From: an uncultured Lachnospiraceae bacterium
GTDB lineage: Bacteria; Bacillota; Clostridia; Lachnospirales; Lachnospiraceae
DNA: 64,000 bases
NCBI GenBank assembly: GCA_910584845.1
Contig: CAJUDH010000004.1
Span: forward strand, 131,734 to 195,733
Direction of reading: 5' to 3'
Shown here: positions 21,953 to 32,600 of the stretch, piece after piece
Layout of the letters: every line of letters begins with the position of its first letter
How positions within the stretch are numbered: the first letter of the stretch is position 1
Notes under the pieces: model-generated
What the model saw: only the letters and a program-made list of their open reading frames with translations
Told to the model about the DNA's origin: nothing
Database searches by the model: none
Program-made: the position numbers and the translations under genes

Positions 21953-22732
21953 ATGAAAAAAGAAACAAGGGAATGGTTCCTGAAAGGGATGAGGGCAGGC
22001 ATCCCCATTGGGATGGGGTATTTTGCCGTGGCCTTTACCTTGGGCATCGCCGCAAGGGAGGCGGGGATGGCCCTTTGGCAATCCGGGTTTATGTCGGCGG
22101 CGATGTTGGCCAGCGCAGGGCAGTTTGCCGGGATCGGCGCCATTGAGGCGGGGGCCGGTTTCCTGGAAATTGCGGTGACGCAGGTAGTGGTGAATTTACG
22201 GTATTTGCTGATGTCCAGCGCCTTGTCCCAAAAAGTCAGGAGGGACGCGCCGTTTTTCCATCGGTTTTTTATGGCTTACGGGGTTACAGACGAGATATTT
22301 GCGGTTTCCATGGGGGTGGAGGGGAAATTAACCCCAAGTTTTGTCTATGGCGCCGCTTCTACGGCAGCGCCGGGATGGGTGGCCGGCACCGTGATGGGGA
22401 CTTTCATGGGTATGGTCATCCCTGCCCGGGCTATGAGCGCCATGGGCGTTGCTTTGTATGGCATGTTTCTGGCCATTGTAGTGCCGCCTTCCAAAAAGGA
22501 CCGGGTGATTGCGGGGGTGGTCCTTATTTCCATGGCGGCCAGCGCCGCTTTTACAAAACTTCCCGGGCTCCGGGGAATTTCCAGCGGGTTTCAGATTATT
22601 ATTTTGACAATTTTGTTGTCAGGCGTGGCGGCGGCCCTGTTTCCCGTAAAAGAAGAGAAAGGGGGGAGGCAAAATGGGGCCTTCTGTGAATGCAAGCCTG
22701 TTGGTGATGGCGGTGACGATTTATTTGGTTAG
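21953..22732 (+). CDS. azlC: AzlC family branched-chain amino acid exporter
   Basis: GIPIG.GYF, ASAGQF, VNLRYLLMS, GVTDEIFA. Confidence 0.9.
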   Translation: MKKETREWFLKGMRAGIPIGMGYFAVAFTLGIAAREAGMALWQSGFMSAAMLASAGQFAGIGAIEAGAGFLEIAVTQVVVNLRYLLMSSALSQKVRRDAPFFHRFFMAYGVTDEIFAVSMGVEGKLTPSFVYGAASTAAPGWVAGTVMGTFMGMVIPARAMSAMGVALYGMFLAIVVPPSKKDRVIAGVVLISMAASAAFTKLPGLRGISSGFQIIILTILLSGVAAALFPVKEEKGGRQNGAFCECKPVGDGGDDLFG

Positions 22733-22979
22733 GGCGTTGCCTTTAACCTTGCTGCGCAAGGAAATACGTAACCCTTTTATCCGTTCCTTTTTATTTTATG
22801 TGCCATATGTCAGCCTGTCGGTTATGACTTTTCCGGCTATATTGTCGGCGACGGCTTCCTGGCGGTCAGGGCTTGCCGGGTTTGTGGCGGCGGTTGTGAT
22901 CGCATGGGTGGACGGAAATTTGTTCCGGGTGTCGATCGGTGCGTGTATTGCTGTTTTTTTTATGGAATTATGGATATGA
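22674..22979 (+). CDS. azlD: AzlD family protein
   Basis: MAVT.YLVRALP, FLFYVPY; follows azlC. Confidence 0.85.
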   Translation: MGPSVNASLLVMAVTIYLVRALPLTLLRKEIRNPFIRSFLFYVPYVSLSVMTFPAILSATASWRSGLAGFVAAVVIAWVDGNLFRVSIGACIAVFFMELWI

Positions 22980-23014
22980 AGGATGGGTTTTCCCCGGCTT
23001 TGGTTTTGTTTTCA

Positions 23015-23043
23015 TTGACAAATGCACAAAATCGTTTTATAAT
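23015..23043 (+). promoter_or_regulatory. Consensus sigma-A promoter
   Basis: TTGACA-17 bp-TATAAT. Confidence 0.75.
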
Positions 23044-23112
23044 TCCATAAGCAACTGAGGAATGGCATAAAAAGAAAATCGATGATCTGGATTCGAGCGA
23101 GGAGGAAAAATC

Positions 23113-23493
23113 ATGCCACGTGTTAAAAAAATCGTAGACGAGACAATGGAAAGCAAAAGCGTAGAGGCTGTTGCGGAGGCAGATGCCAAAACAGAGAAAA
23201 AACCCCGTGTGAAAAAAGCGGTTGCCAAGGAAGAGGCGCCTGTTGAGAAAAAGGCGGTTGCCAAAAAAGAGGAAAAGAAGGCGGAGCCGAAAGCATCCGT
23301 GATGATTCAGTCCGGTACCAAAGAAGTAGCGGCAAAAGAGGTGCTGGCCGCAGCGGCCAAGGCCTATCTGGAAGCCAACGGCGAAGTTGAGATTGAGACA
23401 ATCGAGATCTACATAAAGCCGGAAGAAAATGCGGTTTATTATGTAGTCAACGGCGATGATTCCGGTGATAACAAGATTGAATTGTTTCAGTAA
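23113..23493 (+). CDS. Lys/Glu/Ala-rich small protein, DUF6465-like
   Basis: Low-complexity charged N-half; C-terminal IYIKPEENAVYYVVN; GGAGG RBS. Confidence 0.7.
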   Translation: MPRVKKIVDETMESKSVEAVAEADAKTEKKPRVKKAVAKEEAPVEKKAVAKKEEKKAEPKASVMIQSGTKEVAAKEVLAAAAKAYLEANGEVEIETIEIYIKPEENAVYYVVNGDDSGDNKIELFQ

Positions 23494-23508
23494 TTACAAA
23501 TGGCTATA

Positions 23509-23552
23509 GCAAAAAAGGCATGCTGTCCCAGGGGATTTGCAGCCTTTTTTGC
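23509..23552 (+). terminator. Terminator after the DUF6465-like gene
   Basis: GCAAAAAAGGC...GCCTTTTTTGC. Confidence 0.6.
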
Positions 23553-23624
23553 ATCATAGGGAAACGGAAAACCTATGATACAAATGGATTGGGCATATAA
23601 GAAAGCATGGATGGGGGAAAAGGG

Positions 23625-25067
23625 ATGGGGCAGGAAAAAGGACGCCCCCTGGCGCCTTTGCCAGAGGGGTTTACGGATCGGATGGAAAAGATGTTGGGGG
23701 AAGAGTACCCTGCTTTCCTGAAAAGCTATGAAGAAGGGCGGGCTTATGGCCTTCGCGTAAACCTCCTGAAAGGCAGCCGGGAAGAACTTTATGGACGGCT
23801 TTGCCGCCGTTTTGGGCTGGTTCCCGTGCCTTGGTGCCGGGAAGGGTTTTATTATGGGCAAGAGGATCGGCCGGGCCGCCATCCGTTCCATCAGGCAGGC
23901 GTGTATTATATCCAGGAACCCAGCGCCATGGCGGTAGGTTCCCTATTGGATCCCCAACCAGGGGAAGCGGTATTGGATTTGTGTGCCGCGCCAGGGGGGA
24001 AGACTACCCACATTGCGGCGCGTATGGCGGGGGAGGGCCTGCTGGTGAGCAACGAGGTCCATCCTGCCCGGGCTAAGGCCCTGTCCCAGAATGTGGAACG
24101 GATGGGGGTCAAAAATGTGGTGGTAACCAATGAAGAGCCGGAAAGGCTTGCCAAAATATTCCCGGGGTTTTTTGACAGGGTCGTGGTGGACGCCCCCTGT
24201 TCCGGGGAAGGCATGTTCCGCAAAGAAGAGCAGGCAAGGGAAGAATGGAGCCGGGGGCATGTGCAGCTATGCGCAGGCAGGCAGCGGCAGATTTTGGATT
24301 GCGGGGCAAAGATGCTCAAACCAGGGGGGCGCATGGTATATTCTACCTGTACTTTTTCCCCAGAAGAGAATGAAGAAGTAGTTATCCGTTTTTTGGAAAG
24401 CCATCCGGATTTTTCCCTGGTGCCTGCGCCCGGCGTTTTAAAAGGCCTTTCAAAAGGACGGCTGGACTGGTGGGGGGATCAGGAAGAGCTGGAAGGGGCT
24501 TACCGGATCTGGCCCCATAAAGCCCGGGGGGAAGGCCACTTTGCGGCCCTGCTGGAAAAAAAGGGGGAAGGGCCACGGGCCCGGACAAGGGGGGGAGGGG
24601 GCCCGGAAAGGAAGAAAAAAGGCCAAAATGGTAATGGCAAAGACGAGGGCCTGTTTTCGGAATTTTGGGCCGGTACCGTGCCCTATATCTCCCAGGAAGG
24701 CTTTGGGCTGGACCCCAAACGCCTGGCCTGGTTTGGAGGCCAGCTTTACCATGTGCCAAAAGGGATGCCCGGCCTTGACGGGCTGCGGGTACTGCGGCCG
24801 GGGCTGCATCTGGGCACGTGGAAGAAAAACCGGTTGGAGCCTTCCCACGGGCTGGCGCTGGCGCTGGAGCCTAAGCATGTAGGCCAATGCCTGCGCCTGG
24901 ACGCCGAAGGGCCGGAAACCGCTGCTTATTTGGCGGGGAATACCCTTCCTGCCCCGGAAGGCCGGAAGGGGTGGGTACTGGTATGCGCAGACGATTACCC
25001 TTTGGGCTGGGCAAAGGCGGCGGGCGGGGTGCTGAAAAACCATTACCCCAAAGGCCTCCGGGTATAG
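23625..25067 (+). CDS. rsmF: 16S rRNA m5C methyltransferase, RsmF/RsmB-NOP family
   Basis: YIQEPSAM, DLCAAPGGKT, VDAPCSGEG, YSTCTF..EENE, C-terminal KNHYPKGLR. Confidence 0.9.
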   Translation: MGQEKGRPLAPLPEGFTDRMEKMLGEEYPAFLKSYEEGRAYGLRVNLLKGSREELYGRLCRRFGLVPVPWCREGFYYGQEDRPGRHPFHQAGVYYIQEPSAMAVGSLLDPQPGEAVLDLCAAPGGKTTHIAARMAGEGLLVSNEVHPARAKALSQNVERMGVKNVVVTNEEPERLAKIFPGFFDRVVVDAPCSGEGMFRKEEQAREEWSRGHVQLCAGRQRQILDCGAKMLKPGGRMVYSTCTFSPEENEEVVIRFLESHPDFSLVPAPGVLKGLSKGRLDWWGDQEELEGAYRIWPHKARGEGHFAALLEKKGEGPRARTRGGGGPERKKKGQNGNGKDEGLFSEFWAGTVPYISQEGFGLDPKRLAWFGGQLYHVPKGMPGLDGLRVLRPGLHLGTWKKNRLEPSHGLALALEPKHVGQCLRLDAEGPETAAYLAGNTLPAPEGRKGWVLVCADDYPLGWAKAAGGVLKNHYPKGLRV

Positions 25068-25085
25068 TGTGCCGCTTCCTTTGCG

Positions 25086-26549
25086 TTATCCCTGTTTTTT
25101 CGTCCCTTGGGAGGCATCGGTACGGGGGTTCGCCACAACGGCGATAGTGGCCCACCGGCTGGCGCCGGAAGACGGCATTTCCTCCCTGGCTTCGGGCAGG
25201 TAATGCTCCAGGATCGGCAACAGGATCAGGGCGGTAATGCCTGCCGTGAGGCCGCCGTTGTACAGCACCAGGCCGCCGTGGAGGGCGTTGGTGGCCGTAC
25301 ACATGGAAGCGCACAAGAAACCGGCCGTAATGCCGGCTACGGTCCCGTACCGGCCGGTAATGGGGCAAAGGCCGGTGGCAAATGCGACGGCGTTGATATA
25401 GCCTTGGGTGGATAAAGACCAGGAAAGTTCCCTGCCGTTAATATGGCAGAAAAACAAGGTCAGCAGGTATAAGGCCTGGTACCCTAACAGGATCGGCCAC
25501 ACATTTTTGGGGTGCTGGCCCATGGCTGTGAAGGTAAGGGACGCTAAGATTACCCCAATGGTGGGCCCGGTGAACCCCACCCCCTCGGTGAACAAGATGA
25601 TTACGTTTAAGTAAAGCAGGAACATAAGGCCCTGGCAGCCCATATTCACCAGGCAGACGGGCATGCCATATTTGGCAGAAAAATTGCTGGCGTGGCCCGT
25701 GTCCTTTAAAAGGCGGCCATACCCCCGGAAGCTGTTCCCGTTAAGGAGCCACCCGGCCAGGATACAGGCCAGGAAAAGGGACAGGAAAAACAGGTTGGAA
25801 AACATCCGGAAGGAACGGCCAAATACGTCATAGGCCAGGTTGTGGGGGTAGATGGTGGCAGGCAGGCCAATGCCCATGGTATGGTACATAAAATTATACA
25901 GGAAAAAACCGAACAAGCCAAAAGCCAGGCCGCCGTTATAGAGGTTATACCCCTTATGCCAGGCATGGGCGCCAGGAAGGATGGCAGGGATTACAAAGCC
26001 CAACATAATGCTGAAAAGCACGGTCAGGGCCACCCCGGAGGCATTGAATTTCAGGATACCAAAAGCATAGCTGCCCCCTTGGGTATAGCGGAAGAGGAAT
26101 TCGCTGATAAAAGGGCTGAAAGAGGTGGCAAACATACAGATGTGCAGGTTGTTGTTAAAATCCAGCTTTTTTAGGCGCAGATAGAGGAAAGGCGCCAAAA
26201 AGCAAGGCCACATATTAAAAAAATTAAGGCCGTAAAAACAGTGGGCTACCACCAGGAAGTAGCCGGCCAGCGTGTTGGCGTGGGATTCCCCTTTCAAAAA
26301 AGCCATAAAGAAAAAGCAGGCCATGCCGCAGGCGCCTGCGTTTAGCAGGGCGGCAGCCAGCCCGCCGACCTCCAGATAGTCGGTCACCAGGGGGCAGGGG
26401 GTAATCAGGATCAGGTACCAATTGTGCAAGACCGACCCCCATTCCTTTGTATAAAAGGTGGCTACAAAGGAGGAGAGCAGGAAGAAAAGGGAAAAGCTAA
26501 AGGCGATGCCGTTAATGATTTGGCTGTTGGTAAAGGTTTTTTGTTTCAT
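25086..26549 (-). CDS. Polytopic membrane protein, DUF1576-like
   Basis: Internal duplication HKGYNLYNGG / HGGLVLYNGG; FAT.F.P motifs; many TMs; overlaps the dinB stop. Confidence 0.7.
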   Translation of the reverse strand: MKQKTFTNSQIINGIAFSFSLFFLLSSFVATFYTKEWGSVLHNWYLILITPCPLVTDYLEVGGLAAALLNAGACGMACFFFMAFLKGESHANTLAGYFLVVAHCFYGLNFFNMWPCFLAPFLYLRLKKLDFNNNLHICMFATSFSPFISEFLFRYTQGGSYAFGILKFNASGVALTVLFSIMLGFVIPAILPGAHAWHKGYNLYNGGLAFGLFGFFLYNFMYHTMGIGLPATIYPHNLAYDVFGRSFRMFSNLFFLSLFLACILAGWLLNGNSFRGYGRLLKDTGHASNFSAKYGMPVCLVNMGCQGLMFLLYLNVIILFTEGVGFTGPTIGVILASLTFTAMGQHPKNVWPILLGYQALYLLTLFFCHINGRELSWSLSTQGYINAVAFATGLCPITGRYGTVAGITAGFLCASMCTATNALHGGLVLYNGGLTAGITALILLPILEHYLPEAREEMPSSGASRWATIAVVANPRTDASQGTKKQG

Positions 26550-27841
26550 ATTTGCCTCTCTTTCTGTTGTAGATGCTTTTTCTTGCTGACCGCATGGTCC
26601 ACCAATGCGTCTTCTTTTAGGAAACTGGCCCGCTTGATGCTGTCAACTCCGTATTTTCCGCGGATTTTATCCACAGCCTTTTCCAATTCTTTCATTTTCC
26701 GGGATTGTTCCGTGTCAAAGAGGCTTAACTGTTCGTAAGGGCCTTCCGAAACCTGGCTGGCGCGCAGGCCAATAAGCCGCACCGGCCGCAAATCCCAAAA
26801 TTCCTTTAATAAACGGCAGGCATGGCCATACAAGCCCCAGGTGGAATCCGTGGGGGCGCTTAAGGTAAGCTGGTGGGATTGGGTGGAAAACTTCCAGTCT
26901 TTTAATTCCACACAGATACAGCTGCACCGTACGTTTTCTTCCCGAAGGCGCGCCCCTACGGTTTCGCTTAAGGCCAGCAATACCTGGCAGGCCGTACCAT
27001 AGTCCGATACGTCCCGGGATAAGGTAATGCTGTTGCCGTAGCCTTTATTGGCCGGTCCCCTGGAAACCACCGGCTCATTGTCAATGCCGTTGGCATAACG
27101 GTGGACCAGGCTGCCATACTTGTCCCCCAGGTGGGTTTGGAGGATATGGACGTCACAGGCTGCCAGGTCCCCGATGGTATGCAGGCCGATCCGGGCCAGC
27201 TTGTCCGAGGCGGAACTGCCTACGAAAAGTAATTCCCGCAAGGGCAGGGGCCACATTTTTGTAGGGATTTCCTCTTCGAACAAGGTATGGGTTTTATCTG
27301 GCTTTTCGAAATCCGAGGCCATTTTTGCCAGGAGTTTGTTGGAAGAGATGCCGATGTTGACGGAAAACCCCAGCTCCCGGCGGATTTGGCGGCGTATCCG
27401 CCCGGCGGTTTCTATAGGGGGGCCAAACAGGTGGATGGTTTCGGACATATCCAAAAACGCTTCGTCTATGCTGAATTTCTCAATGTCCGGGGTATAGTCC
27501 CCCAAAAGCGCAAATAAATCATGGGAACATTTTAAATATAAATCAAACCGGGCAGGGGACACAGCCAGTTCCGGGCATTTTCGGAAAGCGCTGGCCAGGG
27601 GTTCCCCGGTGGTTACGCCAAATTGCCTGGCTGGGGTAGATTTAGCCAGTACGACCCCGTGGCGGGATTTGGCATCCCCCCCAACGGCAGAGGGGACGGT
27701 GCGAAGATCCAGGGCGTCTGGATCTTTTTTCAGGCGGTCTGCAGCTTCCCAGCTTAGGAACGCAGAATTGACATCAATATGGAAAATGATTCGCCGCCTT
27801 CCCATAGGGGCCTGCCCCCCTTGCCCTTTTCCTGTCGCCAT
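26546..27841 (-). CDS. dinB: DNA polymerase IV (Y family)
   Basis: FHIDVNSAF, SIDEAFLD, AKMASDFEKP, C-terminal QLSLF clamp motif; GGAGG RBS. Confidence 0.93.
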   Translation of the reverse strand: MATGKGQGGQAPMGRRRIIFHIDVNSAFLSWEAADRLKKDPDALDLRTVPSAVGGDAKSRHGVVLAKSTPARQFGVTTGEPLASAFRKCPELAVSPARFDLYLKCSHDLFALLGDYTPDIEKFSIDEAFLDMSETIHLFGPPIETAGRIRRQIRRELGFSVNIGISSNKLLAKMASDFEKPDKTHTLFEEEIPTKMWPLPLRELLFVGSSASDKLARIGLHTIGDLAACDVHILQTHLGDKYGSLVHRYANGIDNEPVVSRGPANKGYGNSITLSRDVSDYGTACQVLLALSETVGARLREENVRCSCICVELKDWKFSTQSHQLTLSAPTDSTWGLYGHACRLLKEFWDLRPVRLIGLRASQVSEGPYEQLSLFDTEQSRKMKELEKAVDKIRGKYGVDSIKRASFLKEDALVDHAVSKKKHLQQKERQI

Positions 27842-28082
27842 GTGTTCACCTCCATTGGCAATTCAGCCAATACGATTCCCGAATAACTAGTCAATAAACC
27901 AATCATACCATAATTTCCCTGTTGCCGCAACCGGCGCAGGTCCGCCAATTTGCCATCTGCCGGAAAGCCGGCCCGGGGCGCCTTTGGGAATAAAAGCATT
28001 GACAAAAAGGGGAATATCTATGAGAATAGAGGGGCAGGCAGGTAAAACCAATATAAGCCTGGTAAAGAAAAGGAGAATGTAT

Positions 28083-29468
28083 ATGGGCAAAAAGCCATTG
28101 AAAATCGTGACGATCGGAGGCGGGAGCAGTTATACGCCTGAGTTGATGGAGGGGTTTATCCGCAGGGGGATCCCTGTGGGGGAAATTTGGCTGGTAGACG
28201 TAGAAGAGGGCGCAAAAAAACAGGAGATCGTAGGCAATTTGGCCCAGCGCATGTGGGATGCCTCCCCTTATAAAGTGAATGTACATATGACCCTGGACAG
28301 GAGGGAGGCCCTTGCCGGCGCCGATTTTGTAACCACCCAGTTCCGGGTAGGGCTTTTGGACGCCAGGATCAAGGATGAAAGGATTCCTTTGTCTTATGGC
28401 ATGACAGGCCAGGAAACCAATGGCGCAGGGGGCATTTTCAAGGCTTTCCGCACCATTCCGGTGATTTTGGATATTGTGGAAGATATGAAGGAGCTGTGCC
28501 CTGATGCCTGGCTGGTGAATTTTACCAACCCCAGCGGCATGTTGACGGAAGCAGTTCTCCGCTATGGGAAGTGGGAGAAGGTGATCGGCCTGTGCAACCT
28601 TTCCATCGGCTCGATGATGAAGGAGCCGGGCCTGATCGGGAAAACCATGGATGAATTGACTTTCCGGTTCGGCGGGCTGAACCATTTTTTGTGGCACAAG
28701 GTTTTTGACAAAGGCGGGCAGGACGTGACCATGCAGGTGGTGGATAAGCTGTACGACCCTTCCCTGGATTCCGGAGTCCCTGTAAACATTTTTGACGTGG
28801 AATTTTTCCGCGAGCAGTATGGCCAAATGGAAATGATCCCTTGCGGGTACCACCGGTATTATTACCGCCAGGAAGAAATGCTTCACCACATGCTGGAGGA
28901 ATATAACGACCCTAAGGTAGGGACCCGGGGGCAGCAGGTAAAGAAGACGGAAGAAGAATTATTTGCCTTGTATCAAAACCCGGGCCTCCATGAAAAACCG
29001 GAACAGCTTGCCAAAAGGGGCGGGGCCAATTATTCCGACGTGGCCTGCGAAACCATTGCCTCAATTTATGAAAACAAGATGGCCCCCATCGTGGTTTCCA
29101 CCAGGAACAACGGCGCTTTGCCGGATTTGCCGCCGGACTGCGTGGTGGAGGTTTCTTCCCTGATTGGCGCCTGCGGCGCCCTCCCCATCGCCTTCGGCCC
29201 CCTTCCCCCGGCAGAGAGGGGATGGCTCCAGCTGATGAAGAATATGGAATTGTGCGTGTGCCAGGCGGCGGTGTCCGGGGATTACGGGCTGGCCTTGCAG
29301 GCATTTATGATGAACCCGCTGATCCCTTCCGGCGCCACGGCAAAAAGGGTCCTGGACGAGCTGATGGTTGCCCATAAAAAATATTTGCCCCAGTTTGCCA
29401 ATAAAATCGCCCAATTGGAAAAAGAAGGGGTTACCGTCAAAGACCCCATGGCAAGAAATCTGGCTTAA
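28083..29468 (+). CDS. 6-phospho-beta-glucosidase, glycoside hydrolase family 4 (LicH/CelF-like)
   Basis: IGGGSSYTP, GQETNGAGG, NFTNP, GLCN, GLNH. Confidence 0.92.
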   Translation: MGKKPLKIVTIGGGSSYTPELMEGFIRRGIPVGEIWLVDVEEGAKKQEIVGNLAQRMWDASPYKVNVHMTLDRREALAGADFVTTQFRVGLLDARIKDERIPLSYGMTGQETNGAGGIFKAFRTIPVILDIVEDMKELCPDAWLVNFTNPSGMLTEAVLRYGKWEKVIGLCNLSIGSMMKEPGLIGKTMDELTFRFGGLNHFLWHKVFDKGGQDVTMQVVDKLYDPSLDSGVPVNIFDVEFFREQYGQMEMIPCGYHRYYYRQEEMLHHMLEEYNDPKVGTRGQQVKKTEEELFALYQNPGLHEKPEQLAKRGGANYSDVACETIASIYENKMAPIVVSTRNNGALPDLPPDCVVEVSSLIGACGALPIAFGPLPPAERGWLQLMKNMELCVCQAAVSGDYGLALQAFMMNPLIPSGATAKRVLDELMVAHKKYLPQFANKIAQLEKEGVTVKDPMARNLA

Positions 29469-29602
29469 AAGGCCCGGCGGGAAAAACATGCCTGGCCGGC
29501 AGCAGGAAAAATGCCCCCGTTTTTGCCGGGGCGGGCCCGGCTGCCACTGAATAACATAGCATTTTGCCAAGGGGCGCCGCAAAGGCGGCATGGGAGGTGG
29601 AT

Positions 29603-32600
29603 ATGGACGAGAAAGGTTTGGCTGGCCCTGTTTTAAAAGAAGGGGATGTACTGAATGGGAAATATACGGTGGAATGCCTGATCGGGGCAGGTGGGTTTGG
29701 CCGGACTTACCGGATGAGGGACAATTTGCTGAATATTCCTGTGGCGGTAAAAGAGTTGACCAATGCTGCGCAAAAAGATAAAAACCAGTTCTTGGAAGAA
29801 GCCCGGGCCATGGCCCGCTTTTCCCAGAACCAGGGGATTGTCGACGTCCGGGATTTTTTTGAAGCAAACGGGACGGCCTATCTCGTGATGGAATATCTGG
29901 ATGGCATGGATTTGTGCGAATATGTGGAAACGCAAGGGCCTTTTTCCATGGACGAGGCGCTGGAAATGCTTGGCCCCATTATGGAGGCTTTGGCTGCCGT
30001 CCATCGGCAAGGGTATATCCACAGGGATATTAGCCCGGACAATATCCGGACCACCCATGACGGCCAGGTAAAGCTTTTGGATTTTGGCGCTGCCAGGGAA
30101 ATAAGCGGGGACGGCAGGACAGTGACCGTGCTGCTGAAAAAAGGCTACACGCCGGAAGAACAGTACCGGGGAAGGCAGTATCAGGGGCCTTGGTCTGACG
30201 TGTATGCGCTTTCCGGGGTTTTTTACTACTGCATTACCGGGAAAGCCCCGACCGATTGTATCCAAAGGCTGTTCCATGATGATTTAAAGGCCCCTTCCCA
30301 ATTAGGGGCCCGTATCAACCGCATTCAGGAGGCCGCCCTCATGAAAGGCCTGGCCCTCCGGGCGGACGGCCGCTATGGTTCCATGGAAGAATACCAGGCG
30401 GCCCTGTTTTCCGGCGGCGAGGCGGGAAAACAGGAAGCGCCCACAAAACAGGAAGCGCCCACAAATGGCATTTCGGGAGGGGCAGATTCTGGGGAACCCG
30501 GGGGTTCGGTTTCTGCGGACGATATTTGGGGTCAGATTGAGGCCAGGAAAGCAGGCGGGGCAAACACAGAAGGGGGGCAGGGGCAAACACAGAAGGGGGC
30601 AGGGGCAAAAGGGGCCGGGCAGGCAGCCCGGCCCAGGCAAGAAGAAAAGGGCGCCGGCCCGGTTCCGGGCAAAAAGAAAAAACGGCGCCGGATTTTTTGG
30701 CTGCCTGTGGCTGCCGCCGGTATGGCGGCCGGGTGCATTTTGCTCATTTTCATGCTCTGGCCGGCCAACCCTTACCGATTGCCGGAGGATAAAGCTTATT
30801 CCAGGATTTCAGAAAAAACCGTTACGGTAAAGGATATTAAAAAAATCGGGAAAGACAAAGAGTGTAAAGATTTGTCCCTTTTCTACTGCCAGGTCAGCGA
30901 CGAGGCGGTAAAGGCCATAGCCGGGCTGGACAGCCTGGAATCGCTCCGCCTGCAATACTGCAGCGGGTTTACCGATTTGACCCCATTGGCCAAGATGCCC
31001 GGCCTGAAAGAATTAAGCGTCCTGGGCGATATGTCCGCGCCGGAGGTATTAGACGGGGAGGCCTGGTTTGGCGAGGATTTCCCTTATATAACCCAGCTAT
31101 CCTTAAGCGGCTATGAAAAGATGGCAGGTACCGGCTTCCTCAGACATTTCCCCGCCCTGGAATCATTTTACCTTCCGCTGGAGGGGTATGACAGTTTGGA
31201 ATTTTTTAACGATATGGATCATATGAGGCAGATTGAAATCGGCGCAGACTTGTCCGGGCTGGATTTAAGCCCTATAGGAAACTGCCGCCGTTTGGAGTCT
31301 TTGCGCCTGGGCGGTACAGGGATTGCCGATTTGTCCATGGTCCAGGGGATGGAGGAACTGGCTGTCCTAGATGTGGCCGGATGCCAAATTACTGATATTA
31401 GCCCTTTGCAGGGCTGCCCCAAACTCCAATCTTTATATATGGACGAAAACCAGATCCGGGATGTGTCCTGCCTGGAAGGGAAAGAGGAGCTGCACACGGT
31501 ATGCCTGAATCAAAACCAAATCGAAGATATCCGCCCTTTGGCCGGTTTGGGGTTATGGCATTTGGAATTGGGGGAAAACCGGATCCAGGATATTTCTCCC
31601 CTAAGCGCCTGCGGGGAACTTCAGTATTTATACCTTCAGGGCAACCAGATCCGGGATGTGTCTTCCCTGGCCGGGTGCCGGAAACTGGAGTCCCTGAATT
31701 TGTCAGGCAACCGGCTGGAAAACCTGGCCGGGTGCGAGTCCATGATTGCCTTGACCAGCTTTTATGCAAAAGATAACCAGATCACGGACCTTACGGGGAT
31801 TGCCAACAGCACGGCCATCCGCTATTTGGATGTAAGCGGCAATCAAATCGGGGACCTGGATGCCCTGGGCGGGGGATTTACTTCGCTAAGGGGGGTAAAT
31901 ATCAGCGGTAACCAGGTGGAAGACATTGCAGTTTTAGGGACCTGTGGGGAGCTACGGTTTTTTATGGCAGACCACAACCAGATTGCCAGCTTAGCCCCCT
32001 TGAAAAACGCCCCAGAGCTGAACCTGGTATTTGCCGACGGAAACCGGCTTACGGACTTGGAAGGCTTAGGGGGGAAGGAAAATTTATTCGCCGTTACAGC
32101 CTATGGAAACCAGTTGGAAAACATCCAGGCCCTGTCCTCCTGCCCCAATCTGCTGTACCTGGATTTAGGGCAGAACCAGATCCGGGATATTGCGCCTTTT
32201 CATGGCTTGTCCCCCAACCAAAAGGGATTTGTCTTCCTGGAACATAACCAGATCCAGGATTTTTCCCTTTTCCCCGTAGATCCAGGATATACCTTATTGG
32301 CTTTGTACGGCAATCCGGCAAAAGACTTGACTTCGATTTCAAAAATCGAAGACGCCAATTCTTTTAACGACAGTTTTTATCTCCCTTATGGGGAGTACAC
32401 CGACTACAAAGCCTTAGGGGAGCTGGATATGGGCGGCGCGCTGTGCCTGGTGGACGCGCCTTTGGGGGAACAGGCCGCAATCTTAAAGCAGGCAGAAGAG
32501 TCGGATGTTAGCCGCGTCAAAGGCGGGATCCGTTTTGCCGGGCTGGAAGAGGCGGACAAGGAACTGGCCAGGCGCCGTACTGAGATGAAAGAAGAATGTA

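Noticed and set aside
27842..27930. LexA box upstream of dinB
   Set aside because: No GAAC-N4-GTTC match
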